Shown here: piece after piece, positions 36,309 through 49,669 of the stretch
How positions within the stretch are numbered: the first letter of the stretch is position 1
Layout of the letters: each line of letters begins with the position of its first letter
Origin: Hypanus sabinus
Lineage: Eukaryota
Direction: 5' to 3'
Length of the DNA stretch: 64,000 nt
NCBI RefSeq assembly: GCF_030144855.1
Contig: NC_082722.1
Span: 27,590,001-27,654,000 of the forward strand
Translations under genes and position numbers: made by a program
The notes under the pieces: model-generated
The model's database searches: none
What the model was told of the DNA's origin: nothing
The model's input: the letters and a program-made list of their open reading frames with translations, nothing else

Positions 36309-39300
36309 CTGTGAAGAGAAACGTAGGCTGGAGAGTTTTCACCACGTAATAAACGCGGGAAAAAAGCTTAATCTGGCATTTTTCACAATTGCTTCCTGAG
36401 TTGGTGTGGACTCTAAATTTGCAGCATCCAAGACATTTGCTTCTATCCACACTCAACTCACGGACACCAAAAATGCTTTATTTCTTTGCCTGTGTCATTT
36501 ATTAATATAATGAAACTTCATGATCCTATAACAAACTCCAAATGCCAGCCAATTAGTCCATTATACAATATGAGTATTTTTCCTGCATCGCATCTCTCGA
36601 GCCATCACGCTCAAACGATTTCAAAATTCAACTCAGAACAATTTCGTAAATTCCCATTATGCTAATCGACACTGCTGTGGAACATTTCTGATATGCTTTG
36701 ACAATGTGGTATTAAATAAATGTACCGTGATAAAGTGGCAGTGTCCACAATATCAATATTAGCATTGTTTTCATTGGGATTGCGAAATTTTCTTCCGTAT
36801 TTAAATTGAAATATTTCAATACTTTCATCCACGTTCCAGATCTCTGCTCTTATTACTACACACATGACAACACGGTAAAGCACACTTAATTCGCCATTCG
36901 GCATTCAGAGAAATTAAACGTACAGAAAATACTATGTATATAAACGATATTTGTATAGATTTTTTAAAGATTTGCGCTTACATTCATACAAGGCAATTTG
37001 TTCTCAGTATTTTATTTTAACCTTAGGTGATATCGCCTACATTCTGAGAGGCGACTGCTTTAGCTGAAAATAATCGACAATTTTTCCAACTGGACATTTT
37101 CACGATACATTTGTTCGTCGAATTAATAGTGAGTTTCTCTCCTGGCATTGACTATTCCAGTTCTGAAGAATGGTCTCGGTCTGAAATTTCAACTATTTAT
37201 TCAATTCCAAAGATGCTCATAAAGTGCTGAGTTGCTTCAGCATTTGGTGTACTTTGGCTCCGGATTTTCCACATCAGCAGAAGATTTTGTGTTTATAAGT
37301 TTTATCCAGCGAAGGATTACAAATTGAAATTATTTGCTGTTCTTAGAAAAATATTCGAATATTTAAAACAGGTGTTTAATTGATATAAAAGTGGTGGATA
37401 TCCATTTATTGAATTACATATCGTGAGTACAGAAAATCATTGTTTTCAGAAATAGGTTTACACGTAATTAAATTAACATTCTTACTTTTCAGTTAAGCGT
37501 TAAACACGATAGCGTGGTCACTTGCAACTTACTTGCCTGAGGCGGTGAAACTTCTGACCGCATGGAGATTCCATGATGTCACGAGCTAATTCTGAGTGCA
37601 GTTACATTGCATCGTGTGCTGTCTCGTTTAGCAAATACTGGATGCATCTTGACATTGCAAAGATAGAAAAGTTTGGACTTATGGATTAAAATCGCTTTTT
37701 CACGTGCAGAATATGTGCCTCTTTCGACAAATGATTTAATTTCCAGCAAGTCGAAACAAATGAAAACACAACTAAACACACACACACACAATATTGCACA
37801 ATAGGTTCCACACATGCGGCATGAACATTTATTTAGATACCGTTTTAAAATCGTTACCACATCTTGACGGAGAACACCAAAAGAAATAATTTTAAACACG
37901 TTCTGATTCTGAGCCCTTCAGATAATATGACTCGAGAGTGAGCCATTAAAAACACCAAAAAAAAGTTATATTATGGAAAGGAGTTCAAAAGAGAAGAGAA
38001 ACACTAAATTCCAGAGTTAAGGTTCGACATTGTTCGCCGTGGAAACGCGACGATCATTGGGGAATGGGAGATGGGGTACACAGCAAATCAGCTGAGCTAT
38101 ACTTCTAGCTCTGGGGTTGGAACTCAGAGAGGGGATAGAATCTGGAGGAATAAGAGCACAGAGACATTTGAAAGGATGAATGACAATCATAAAATCCGTG
38201 TTTTATGGTGTTTTGTTTCACCAAGTGACAGAGATAATCGGTGGATCTCAAACGGATCGCGAACACAAATCATAACCAGTCACACAGTGATGTAGACCAT
38301 TTCTTATAGTTAGACATCCACGTTGGCATGCATAAATAGTCCCACAGTAATGTCCTCTCGCCCAGGAATGTACAAAGAAGCACAAAAGTAGACATTCCCT
38401 CTGCATCTACTCGGACTGCAATATTCTGTTTGAAATTGTATAATCCGATTGCTTTCCCAGCACAATAGCCAGGAAAGTCGACCGATCATCGCGCATTTTC
38501 AGTGACAGTGACCCGAAATTTTTTGAATTATAAAGACACTTTACTTGCTAAAACACAGCATGTTCCCACATCTAGATTTCTGTAACAGAACCCTTTTCTT
38601 AATAATGCACTTATTGTTGACTGCACACCTTTAAGTCATATTGCATTAACTTAAGTTCCTACAAAACAATTTGGTGTGTTACGGGGCACGTCCGCCAGAC
38701 CCATCATCCAGTGCTCAAGACCTACATTTATTCAGTTAACCATCTGGTCCTCTATGCCACGAAGAACCATAGTGTTCTGAGAAGAGGTCTCCAACTCCGA
38801 GCCAGGCGTTCAACGCTTCCTTGATGTCATCAATTCTGCCCAGATCCTGGGGATGTCTCCAAGGACTGTCATATTCTTTCATTGGTTATGTCATTTTTCC
38901 TCCAGAGCGATAATTTGTTATTTTTACTGGTCGGTGCTTTAATATCAGTTTAGTGGTTTGTTGTTCTTATCTGAATTGCACGTGCTCGCCTGAAATACTG
39001 AATCCTGTTTTCATTGATGAAAGTATATCATTAAAAGTTTTATTTGACCGATGTACAGAATTTATTTATGCATGTTGTTCTTCTTTTCCCTTTTGTCCTA
39101 GGCAGTGTTAAACTAAGCGCGTTCGAATGTACATTGTGTTTTCTAAAATTTATAATTTTAATTCTTACTTTTCCTGGTAAATTTTCCAGATTGGCTTCGA
39201 CCCAAGATATTATGCCAGAAGAATATGTTAATGAGATACATATATTATTAATATTATCAGTATTATATAAGTACCATAATTGACAATGCATGCGAGTAGC

Positions 39301-39535
39301 CAGATATCCTGCGCCGAATGATCAGAGCTGGTTCCTTTGAACAATTAACGTTGCCATTGCCGTGCTCCGCGGCCTTTCGACTGCCGGTTCAATGTTATTC
39401 CCCGTTAGCATCCGATCTTTATGGATAAGTGATTGTAATCGTTGATTGAACATCGCAGGGAAGCTTACATGAGCTTACCGTTGTTGGTACTGCTTTTCCT
39501 AACATGGTGTCAGGTAATTTTGCACACCTATCTAC

Positions 39536-39658
39536 TTATAAGTTAAGCACTCCCTTTCAAATAGTCCAGTTAAACGATGATAGTTTGTCTTGATATTTTT
39601 CCGTTCTAGATGTATCTTTTAAACAAACTCCCGCCCTTGAAGTGTTCCTCCTGATTGG
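39536..39658 (-). promoter_or_regulatory. Candidate outward promoter and non-coding first exon (left arm)
   Basis: On the minus strand: CCAATCAG (39658-39651), GGGCGGGAG (39636-39628), TTTAAAAG (39623-39616), and donor-like TAA|gtagat at 39536. Confidence 0.35.
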
Positions 39659-40370
39659 ATCTGAGGAGCAGCACTTTCGGTAGCTGCAATATTAAGCTAG
39701 AATTCACAACGGTAAGCATAGTACTCCTCAAAACGTGAATTAAAATCTTACAAAGAATATTTAAAATTAAAAGTAACTGTGCAATGGTTATTAACAATTA
39801 CACGGTAGTCCACATTAACAATGACCAGTACTTTTGCATCAACAATTAGACAAAGACATAAATCATCTGAAGTTTAGTTTAAGGTGTAAAATCCTGAAAA
39901 AATGTCTTCATACGAGTGAAACTGTTTATAGAAGACTCAGCCAGTTAGATAATATGAAAATTAAAACAATGTGCAGTGGAATAACATCAGCGAGATTGTT
40001 CCGAGATTGGCAATTTACATGCTTATACTTTTTTTTTTGTATTGCTTATTATGAAGTGTGGATTACACAACAATTCTCTTTTCAACGTTTTATTTGTACC
40101 CTCTCCCCAATGTGTAGGATTGATTTGTAAATATTAGCCATATCGTTGGCGTAAATCATTTAACAGCCTATTTTCTCAGTAAATATCTATTGACCCATTA
40201 TAAAGGTAAAAGACGGATATACTGAGCAGGCAGCATTGTTTAACTTTGTTCTGTATTCTTCCAGCAAATAAATTCAATACAGAATTTAATTCACGTTTTG
40301 TGGAATACTATTCTTACTGCTGTGAATTCTAGCTTAATATTGCAGCTACCGAAAGTGCTGTTCCTCAGAT

Positions 40371-40500
40371 CCAATCAGGAGGAACACTTCAAGAACAGGA
40401 GTTTGGTTAAAAGATGCATCTAGAACGTAAAAGATATCAAGGCAAACTATCATCGTGTAAATAAACTATTTGAAGAGGAGTGCTTAACTTACAAGTAGGT
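40371..40500 (+). promoter_or_regulatory. Candidate outward promoter and non-coding first exon (right arm)
   Basis: CCAATCAG 40371-40378, GTTAAAA about 40406-40412, donor CAA|gtaggt at 40495. Confidence 0.35.
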
Positions 40501-40879
40501 GGGTGTGCAAAAATTACATGATACATGGTTAGAAAAACCTGCGTAAATAAATTCTGTACAACTTTTGGATTAAACTTTAAAGGATATAATTTCATCAATG
40601 AAAACAGGTTTCAGCATTTCAGGCGAGCACATGCAATTCTGATAAGAGAACATGCCAGTAAACTGATATTAAGGCACAGACCAGAAAAATAAACAAATTA
40701 TCACTCCAGAGAAAGAAAAAATATTAACCAATGGAAGAATATGACTGTCCTTGGAGACATCCCCAGGATCTGGGCAGATTAGATGTCGTTAAGGAAGCAT
40801 TGAAGCCTGGCTCGGAGTTGGGGACCTCTTCTGAGAACAATGTGGTTCTTCGTGGCATAGTCGACCTGATGGTCAGCAG

Positions 40880-41542
40880 AAAAAATATCAAAAACACAGA
40901 ATAAGAAAACCAACAATGGGAAGATGATTCATGCAGAAAATGCCAAGAGACACCAGAAGCAAACAAACAGATAACAGGATCTTGCAGTAGTTGAAGTCAA
41001 TCAGATTACTTACACAGGGGCAATCAAGTGGCAAACGTCGTTTACCAAAATCTTGTTTTAAGTTTCCAACTCAGAAGTGGAATCATACCTTACATCAATC
41101 CGTGTCTGGTTCAGTTTGAGAGTCAGAGTCTCACAATGTATATTACCCCTCATCCATTATTACAAATGGGACCATTTATAATAACGGTCCGCATATAAAT
41201 ATTACAGGATAAAGAAGCAAAAACTATTTACCTAATATATGTAGCTTGGCCAAGTACGCACAATATACAGAAATCAATTATTGAAAGTCACATGAAATTG
41301 AAAGAGAAAATTGAAAGACTATGGAACATGAACAGGGTCTTCCATGTCACAATCGTGATATCTACAACTGATATTATCCCGAAGTCATTACATAAAAGCA
41401 TTGAACCATTAGGTCTCCACTGTAATATTTATTGAAAAATCTCCAGAAAGCCACAATGCTAAACACCACTCTGAATTTTGCAATCAATTGAGAAATTAAC
41501 TTGCTTGGCTACGCTCGCACTTCAGACTTTACCAGCACGAAA

Positions 41543-41599
<57 letters not shown>

Positions 41600-41609
41600 C
41601 AACAACAAC
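40880..41609 (+). mobile_element. R4/Dong-like retrotransposon 3' fragment with (AAT)17(AAC)5 tail, right arm only
   Basis: Degenerate CRKCQETPE..ITGSC...EKIERLWNMNRV..IVISTT.IIPKSLH RLE domain. Microsatellite at 41544-41609. Confidence 0.75.
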
Positions 41610-44037
41610 TTGCAGGAGCTTAGCGATTGTAAACTTGAAGCACAGGAGCACCTATATAAACGTAGGCCCTGAGCCCTGGATGATAGGTCACGAGGACATA
41701 GCCCTTGATGCACCACATAGCTTTGTAGGAACGTCACTTCATGCAAAATGAGAGAAAAGGTGTGCAGTGAACAATGGGTGCATTATTATGAAGATGGTAC
41801 TGTTACAGTAATCTAGATGTGGGAACATGCCGTGTCCTAGCAAGTAAAGTGTCTTTATAATTCAGAAAATTTCGGGTCACTCTCACCGAGAACGTGAGAT
41901 AATTGGTCGACTTTCCTGCTATTGTGCTGGGAAAACAATCGGAATTGCAGTCCGATTGGATGCAGAGAAAATGTCTGCCTTTGTGCTTCTTTGTGCACTC
42001 CTGGGCGATAGGACATCACTGTGGGACTATATATGCGTGCCAATGTAGGTGTCTAGTTCTTAGCATGGTCTACATCACCGCGTGACTGGTTATGATTTGT
42101 GTGTGCGACCCATTTATCTGAGATCTACGCGCTCACCGATCCACTCTGCCACTTAGTGAGACAAAACGCGGATTTTATAATTGTCTTTTATCCTTTCAAA
42201 TCTCTCTGTGCTTTTGTTCTTTCAGGTCCACCCCCAGAGCTAAAAGTAGACCTCGGCTGAATGGCGATGTTCCATATCTCCCAACCCCCAATGATCCTCT
42301 CTTTTCCGCGGCGAACAATGCCAAACTTTAACTCTGGAATTTAGTGATTCTCTTCGCTCTTGTACTCCTTTTCATAACCTAACTTTTTGTGTGTTCAACG
42401 GCTCACTCACGAGTCATATTATCTGAAGTACTCAGAATCAGAACGTGTTAAAAATTAGTCTTTTTGCTGTGCTCCATCAAGGTATAGCAACGATTTTAAA
42501 ACGGCATCTAAATAAATCTTCGTGCCGCATATATAGAACCTATTGTGCAATATTGTGTGTGTGTAGCTGTGTTTTCCTTTGTTTCGACTTGATGGACATT
42601 AAATCATTTGTCGAAAGAGGCACACGTTCTGCACATCAAAAGCGATTTCAATCCTCAAGTGTGAACTTTTCTACCTTTGCAATGGTAAAGTTCATCCAGT
42701 ACTTGCTAAACGAGACAGCACGCACAGCAAAGTAACTGCACTCACCATTAGCTGGTGACGTCATGGTAACTCCATGCGGTCAGAATTTTTAGCGCCTCAG
42801 GCGAGCAAGTTGCTGGTGACCACTTTATCGCGTTTAACGCTTAAGTGAAAAGTAAAACCTGTGAAGCTATTGCTGAAAAGTATGTGTTTCTGTAGTCACG
42901 ATATGCCATTCAAAAAAAAAACAAACTTATATCAACCATTTTTATATCAGTTAAACACCTGTTTTAAATATACGAAATTTTTCTAAGAACATCGAATGAT
43001 TGCAATTTGTAATCCTAGGCAGGATAAAATTGATTAACACAAGATATTCCGCTTATGTGGAAAATCCAGAACTACAGTGCACCAAATGATGAAGCAACTC
43101 AGCACTTCAGGCAGCATCTATGTAGTTGAATAAACAGTCGACATTTCAGACTGAGACCCTTCTTCAGAACTCGAATAGTCAATGCCAGGAGAGAAACTCT
43201 CCTTTAATCCGCCGAACAAATGTATTGTGAAAATATCCGGTTGGAAAGATTGTCGGTTATTTTCAGCTAAAGCAGTCGCCTCTCAGAATGTAAGCGATAT
43301 CATCTGTTAAAATAAAATACTGAGGACAAATTGCTTTGTATGAATGTAAGCACAAATCCTAAATAATTTAGTCAAGTATTGTTTATGTCTGCATAGTATT
43401 TTCTGTATTTTTAAATTCTCAGAATGCTGAATACGAATTAACTGTGTTTTAACATGTTGTCATGTGTGTAATAACAATCGCAGAGATCTGGAACGTAGAA
43501 AAGAAGTTTTGAAATATTCCAGTTTAAATATGGAAGAAATTTTCGCAATCTCTGTTAAAACAAAGACTAAATTGATATTGTTGACACTGACCTTTTATCG
43601 TGGTACATTTATTTAATACCTCATTGACAAAGCATATCAGAAATATTCCACAACAGAGTCGACTAACAAAATGAGAAGTTAAGATAATTTTTTGAGTGAA
43701 TGCTAAAAATTGTTCGTGCATGAAGGCTCGTGAGAAGCAATGCAGGAAAAAAATACTCATTTTGTCCTAATGGGTTAATTGGCGGTATTTTTAGCTTGTT
43801 CTAGGATCAAGAAGTTTCATTATATTTATAAGTGACAAATGCAAAGACACAAGGTCGTAGATAAGCTGTGTAGAGTTCGTTGTCCGTAAGTTCAGTGTGG
43901 ATGGAAGCAAATGCCTTGGATGTTACAAATTTAGAGTCCACACCAACTCAGGAAGCAATTGTGGAAAATGCCAGATTAAGCTTTTTTTCGCGTTTATTAC
44001 GTGGTGAAAGCTCTCCAGCCTACGTTTCTCTTCACAG

Positions 44038-44119
44038 AAGGTGTCAAACTAATCGGGTATTTCGAAAAACTTCTATACTTACTTTTCTTCCGTGTCGTTC
44101 GATTTGTGTTGATTATGTG
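44038..44119 (+). other. Candidate 82-nt exon ending ATGTG|gtgagc (right arm)
   Basis: Mirror of 36308-36227, with splice sites and length conserved. Confidence 0.5.
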
Positions 44120-46019
44120 GTGAGCCGTAACCCAGCAGAACCCATCTTTAATCTTGCGAAGATATCAGAACGATATTATATGTAGCAGCTCTCCGTACTC
44201 TAGATCATGGAAATATTTGGGAAGGTCTACAGAACGAGGCAATGTACATTATAAGAGTTTACCATTCTAGTTGGTATCTCGGCGGTTGTGTGTGCACAAA
44301 TTACCCACTCATATAAAACGGAGAACTAACCTGACAGACAATATCCGGTCTTTTCTAGATTGACAAAACATTAATTCTTAAAGGATTTAATCATTTATAA
44401 AGTTTCAAGTATGCAAATCTGAATGATTTAAATAATAAAAAATAAAATCTTTTAAAAATTCGATCTTTCGGAAGTTACAAAAACGAAAAGGAGAAGGCCA
44501 GGGATGAAGATTAGAAGGTGTAATTTCGATGTTCCACACTATCTATTTTCCTGGCTAGACAATGAAGTGCAGATGAAGAGCTGCAGCCCCAGCCGTCGAC
44601 TGTCGATTTCCTTCCCATGGTGCTGCCTGGCGCGCTGAGTTCCGCCAGTGCTTATTGTGTTGCTCCATGTTCCAGCGTTGGAAGTCGCTTGTGTCCATTT
44701 TATTGCCAAGTAAGTGGTTATTGGAAAGAACTGTCCTGCCATTTACAAAAATGCTTTAAATGCTTACATACAGACCGATCTGGCAATAGGATATGAAGAA
44801 TTTGCTAACCTTTGAAATGACTGTTAAAAATCTGCAGTTGTGAAATAATAAGTATAGGTTTTGTGTTCAGCCAACCCCCATTAGTTGAAGTTATCAAATT
44901 ATCTTAATGTTTGCGGGATTTCAAATGTTATTATTTCACAATGGCAGTGGATTTTTAGAACCCCAAGACCACCCCCCCAGCTCATCCCACCCCCGCATAA
45001 GCTGTGGCAACGCAACGACCGCCCCCTCCCACACCAACACACCTCCCACTCCACCGAACACTTAAGCGTGCAGCAAAGCATCAAAAAGTTTTTTTTTCAA
45101 CCCGGTTTTCGACAGACAACTCTCTGTCCGTAATTACAAAAAAAGAGATGTCCACGTTTCACAGTGAGAAGGGAGACATAACAAAACACCTCGTTGATTC
45201 ATGATGCTATAACTCTGTTGTCACGCTTATTCCGAGCTCTTTTCCCAAACAACCGGGGTCTCAGGGCACACAGCCAACAGCAAGCTCGCTGCTTTTGATC
45301 TTCCGTGGACTCCCACGACGTATCAGGCGGCGCCACCGGCACCTGCCTCGAATTAGCTCGTTTCGAGAGCCACGAAAATATGTTATCCTGACAGCACGCT
45401 GGCCTTTTAGGCCTCGTCCTTGGCAAATCTAAAAGCGGCCGCTCCTGAAATTCGGAGACCGGGTCCCATTTCCGCAGAGAGCCGTGGTCCTCGTGTAACT
45501 CCAAGTAAGGGTCTTCGAAGGAACCCTGAAAATGAACAAAACGAGATATTAAGGATGAAACTAGCGTTTTTTTTCCCGCAGTTGCAATGAAAGGAATTTT
45601 GCTACGAACTGTACTACGGCAGCACAAACAAAGGAGCAAATCAAGGCAACCAAACTGGTGACAACATGCACTGTCCTTGAATAACCGACACATGCTCTAA
45701 TGGAGCAGGAAAATTCAAGTTGCTTCCCTGGTTTTATTAGTAAAATAAATTGTCCACGTGTTCTGAAACAAAAATGAAGGACCAGGATTCCTATTCTAGG
45801 AATGGAAAGTGAAGGTAAATTGATCATATCCATCATTCTTAAAAAGAAATGCCCTTTGTGTACCACCTGACCAATGAGTAACTCAGCAGCATGCAAAGGA
45901 AATGCATTCCCCCAGTGAAGTCTACCTAACATTTAGATGAACTGAATCCGTAGAGAAAATGAATTTGCATCCATATACACGATAATCGCAGTGACAAATT
46001 TATTAATTACATGAGGTAT

Positions 46020-46481
46020 CCAATAAAGTGGCCACTGAGTGTATTTCTGTATGATTGTGATCATTTGCTGTTGCATCCCATCTGCTACGGGGTTCGACCT
46101 TTTGTGCTTTCAGAGATGCTCTTCTGCGCACCATTGCTATAACACACATTTACTGTCACCTTCCTGTCAGCGTGAACCAGTCTAGACAGTCTCCTCTGGT
46201 CTCTCTCATTAATTATGAGTTTTCGCTCAAAATTTGTCACTCATTTGATGTGTTTTCGTGTTTTATTTTCGCACCATTCTCTTTAAACTTTAGAGACTGT
46301 TGTACATGAAGATGCCAGACAGTCAACAGTTTCTGAGATAGCAAATCACCCAGTCAGGCACCAACAATTATTAGACGGTCAAAGCCACATAGCTCTCAGT
46401 TCTTCTAAATTCGGATGTTTGGTCCGAGCAACAACTATATTTTTTGCTATGTGTGTATGATTTTATGCATTGCTTTGCTGC

Positions 46482-46534
<53 letters not shown>

Positions 46535-46595
46535 GACTAGATATTTGCATTAAGGAGCAGGTATGCAGCTGTACCTAATAAAAGGGCCAATGTAT
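46020..46595 (-). mobile_element. Tc1/mariner derivative (right copy, both ends present, contains (AT)n)
   Basis: Ends caataaagtggccactgagtgta and gtacctaataaaagggccaatgta form an imperfect TIR pair. (AT)n at about 46485-46532. Confidence 0.75.
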
Positions 46596-47446
46596 AGACA
46601 TCTAATTATTCGAACAATGCCAGCAATAGAATACCATGCAATTTTGCCATTGAGACAAAATTCGGGGCTATTCAATGTGTCTGGCTGCAGCGAGTTGTTG
46701 GAGATGACTCAAAAGAAAAGGGAATTTACTATCTAATAAGACTGCGATTTCAAAGACATATCTGGAACTTTAAAAGTCTGCAGACTACTGGGACAACAAT
46801 TAGCAGAAGTAGGGCAGTTGGCACCTTGACATGTTTCGCCGTACAATAAAACTGTGTCTGATCTGACGGTAACACCAAATACCTACCCCGCCCATCACAA
46901 TAACTTTCGACCTCCTGCTTCTTGAGCAGATCTTATTGTCCACATTAAAATCACACTGAAATATAGAATTCAATGTTTTGTTTCAAGAAGAGACATCCAA
47001 AGAAACGAAACATTGAGAGTAATTTATTTCTCCTCACCTGAGCATATGAGCCTTTCATAGCTACCTCTTTTAGAGCCCTCACGATCAAATACATATCAAT
47101 CGATTCCACTTTTCCGTTTCTAAACTTCATCGGATGCGAATGTAGCCGGGCCAACATGCCTCAACTGACTGCACGCCAATCTACGGAAATGTTTCCAATG
47201 TCTTTGCTCCATACCTCAAATTGAAGTTCAGCGTTCAGTGATAACTTAACATCAAAGTACGCATGTGTCACCACTTATTACCCCGAGACTCATTTTCTTG
47301 CGGGCATTCGCAGCGCAACAATGAAATGCAATATATTCTATGAAAAACAGCAAAGACCGACGAACAACTAACGTGCAAAGGAAGACAAACTGTGCAAATA
47401 GAGAAAGTTTTAATAATCATAAATAATTAGGTTAGGAAATATGCTA

Positions 47447-48451
47447 GACTCCTTCCGTTTAAGCAAGATTGCTCATCTTGCTAAAAGAAAGGTAAAAACA
47501 AAAACCTGTAGGTTAGGAGTATTTAAAGTTATAGCTTCATTTGCAATAATACCAAACAAGGCAGTAAGGGGATTTGGGTCAATTTGGACCGTAAAAAGTT
47601 GTGAAAAGTTATGGAATACTTCCCGCCCAAACTTTTCAATTTTAGGGCAAAACCAAAACATATGAATTAAAGAAGCATCAGCAGAGTTGCATTTATTACA
47701 AAGTGAAGAAACATTCGGGTAAAACCTGGAGAGCTTCTGTTTAGAAATGTAAGCTGTCTGAACCACATTAAATTGCAGAAGAGAATGACGAGAACAAAAA
47801 GATGATTTATGAACCTGTTTAAGAATTTTACTCCATCTATCATCAGAAATCTGACAATTTAGGTCATCCTGCCAAGCCTTTTCTATTTTATCTAAAAAGA
47901 TTTGTCTAGAATTAATCAACAAGTTATAGATACCGGTAATAGAACCATGAACAAAAGAAGAGCAATCTTGCTTAAATGGAAGGAGTCCATCTTCAATGGC
48001 TACGTGATATGATGCCGTATTTAAATTTAGAAAAGATCCGCTGCTCAGTCTTTCCGAAACAATATTTTTTTAATGATATTTGGGGACATTTCCTAAATTA
48101 CTTTCCCAATTTATAAAGTTTAACAGTGCACAGACTTTTATGTATATTTTTATCTTCTCTTCTTAGGTGAATATGTTGTTTTTTCTAATAATCCATTGCC
48201 ATCCATCAGCTTTTTTCTTTGGTAGTTGGTAGGGGGTTGACTTTTTTTAATATATAAAAAATTTATTTTATGATGTATGACCTATCTTTAATTTTTTGGT
48301 TACAGAGTGGTATACCTTTATGTGTTATGCTATAACATTTTGATCATTTTTATTACAATATATGAATGTACACAAGTTATGTTGAGATGTATCTATGTGT
48401 TGCACTTTGTAAATCTTTTTTTTCTTCTGCATAAAAATATTGTAAAAAGAA
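47447..48451 (+). mobile_element. L1-clade 3' fragment with inverted 5' part (twin priming) and 13-bp TSD
   Basis: TSD aggaaatatgcta at 47434-47446 and 48452-48464. The zf-RVT ORF (LCNKCNSADASLIHMFWFCP) is on the minus strand at 47473-47922. The ORF2 end (RRAILLKWKES), 3' UTR and A-rich tail are on the plus strand. Confidence 0.88.
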
Positions 48452-48819
48452 AGGAAATATGCTAAGAACATGAGCTGTAAGGTAAATGAAAGCAAGTCCA
48501 TCGTTTATTGAATCAGTTCAGGATCGAGAACCGTGAAATGATCCACATTGGTTTAGAAACCTGATGGTTGAAGGTAATCACTGTTCCTAAACCTGGTGGT
48601 CTCGGACCTAAGGCTGCTGCTTTTCCTTCCTGATGGCAGCCGCGATAAGAGAGTAATACTGTGACTTAGCACTCTGATACTATGCTCAGACCACCAGACG
48701 TAATGTCTCGGGTCTAAGCATCGGCAGACTTATCTCCCTCCTTTATAGTTATTTTCCGGAGATTTATATTATAGCAAGGCAGTTAACACCATCTACCCCG
48801 TAAAATCAAACAGTAAACT

Positions 48820-49660
48820 AAAAACTGGCCCTCAATACGCCCTTGTGCAGATAGATCCTGGATTTCCTTACTGTGGACTCCAGCGTTAGGTTTCGTTCGG
48901 ATTGTAAAACACTTTCCTTCACAATGTCCATCGGCACAGGATCACCGCAGAGAACGTATGTAGCCCCCTCCTCCACTCGCTTTATATCTACATTTGTGCA
49001 GCTATGTACAGATCCAACACCAGATACAAATTTGATTATGACACTACATTTGTCGGCAGTATCAAAATCAGCATACAGGAGGGATATTGAAAACTTGGTT
49101 GTGTGATGTAATAACAACAGCCTCTCACTCAATGTCAATAAGACCAAGAAGCTGATTGAAGACTTCAGTAAAGGAAAACTGGAGGCCAAGAGCCAGTAAT
49201 CATCGGAGGATCAGAGCTGGATAGGGTCAGTTACTTAAACGTCCTAGGTGTCACTATCTGAGAGGACATGTCCTGGACACATTATATAAATATTATAGTG
49301 AAGAAAGCACGACAGCGCCTTTACTTGCTAAGGAGGTTCAGCATGTTATCGACAACCTTGGCAAACTTCTATAAATAAGTGTTGGAAATTATGCTGACTG
49401 GCTGTATTCCAGCCTGGTAAGGGAACAGCAATGCCTTTGAGCGGAAAATCCTGCAGAAGTAGTGGATTCGTTCCAGTACATCAAGGTTAAATCCTCCCGA
49501 CCATTGAGCACATCTACATGAAACGTTGCCAAAGTAAAGCAGAATCAATCATCAAAGATCCTCACCACCCAGGACATGTTCTTTTCTTGCTGTGGCTATC
49601 AGGATGAAGGTACAAGTGCCTCAGGACTCATACCACCAGGTTCAAGAACAGTTACTATAA
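48820..49660 (+). mobile_element. Rex1/Babar-like LINE RT fragment
   Basis: Degenerate LNTPLC.WILDFLT...STG.PQ...AYRRDIENLV.WCNNN.LSLNVNKTKKLI.DF. Confidence 0.8.
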
Positions 49661-49669
49661 ATTGGAAAC

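Larger units (their letters stand above)
25850..39720. repeat. Left arm of a large inverted duplication
   Basis: Colinear reverse-complement matches: 39640-39720/40310-40395, 37480-37920/42420-42860, 35400-36470/43870-44940, 28670-31000/45010-47440, 26350-28130/62010-64000. Confidence 0.93.

Noticed and set aside
37579-37899. Parallel ORFs in both arms (37579-37899 minus, 42445-42735 plus) with a Cys/hydrophobic stretch
   Set aside because: The hydrophobic part is a (GT)n microsatellite, the frames diverge after about 60 aa, and no splice site is conserved.
41478-41746. Poly-Asn and poly-Leu ORFs
   Set aside because: Translations of the (AAT)n(AAC)n retrotransposon tail.
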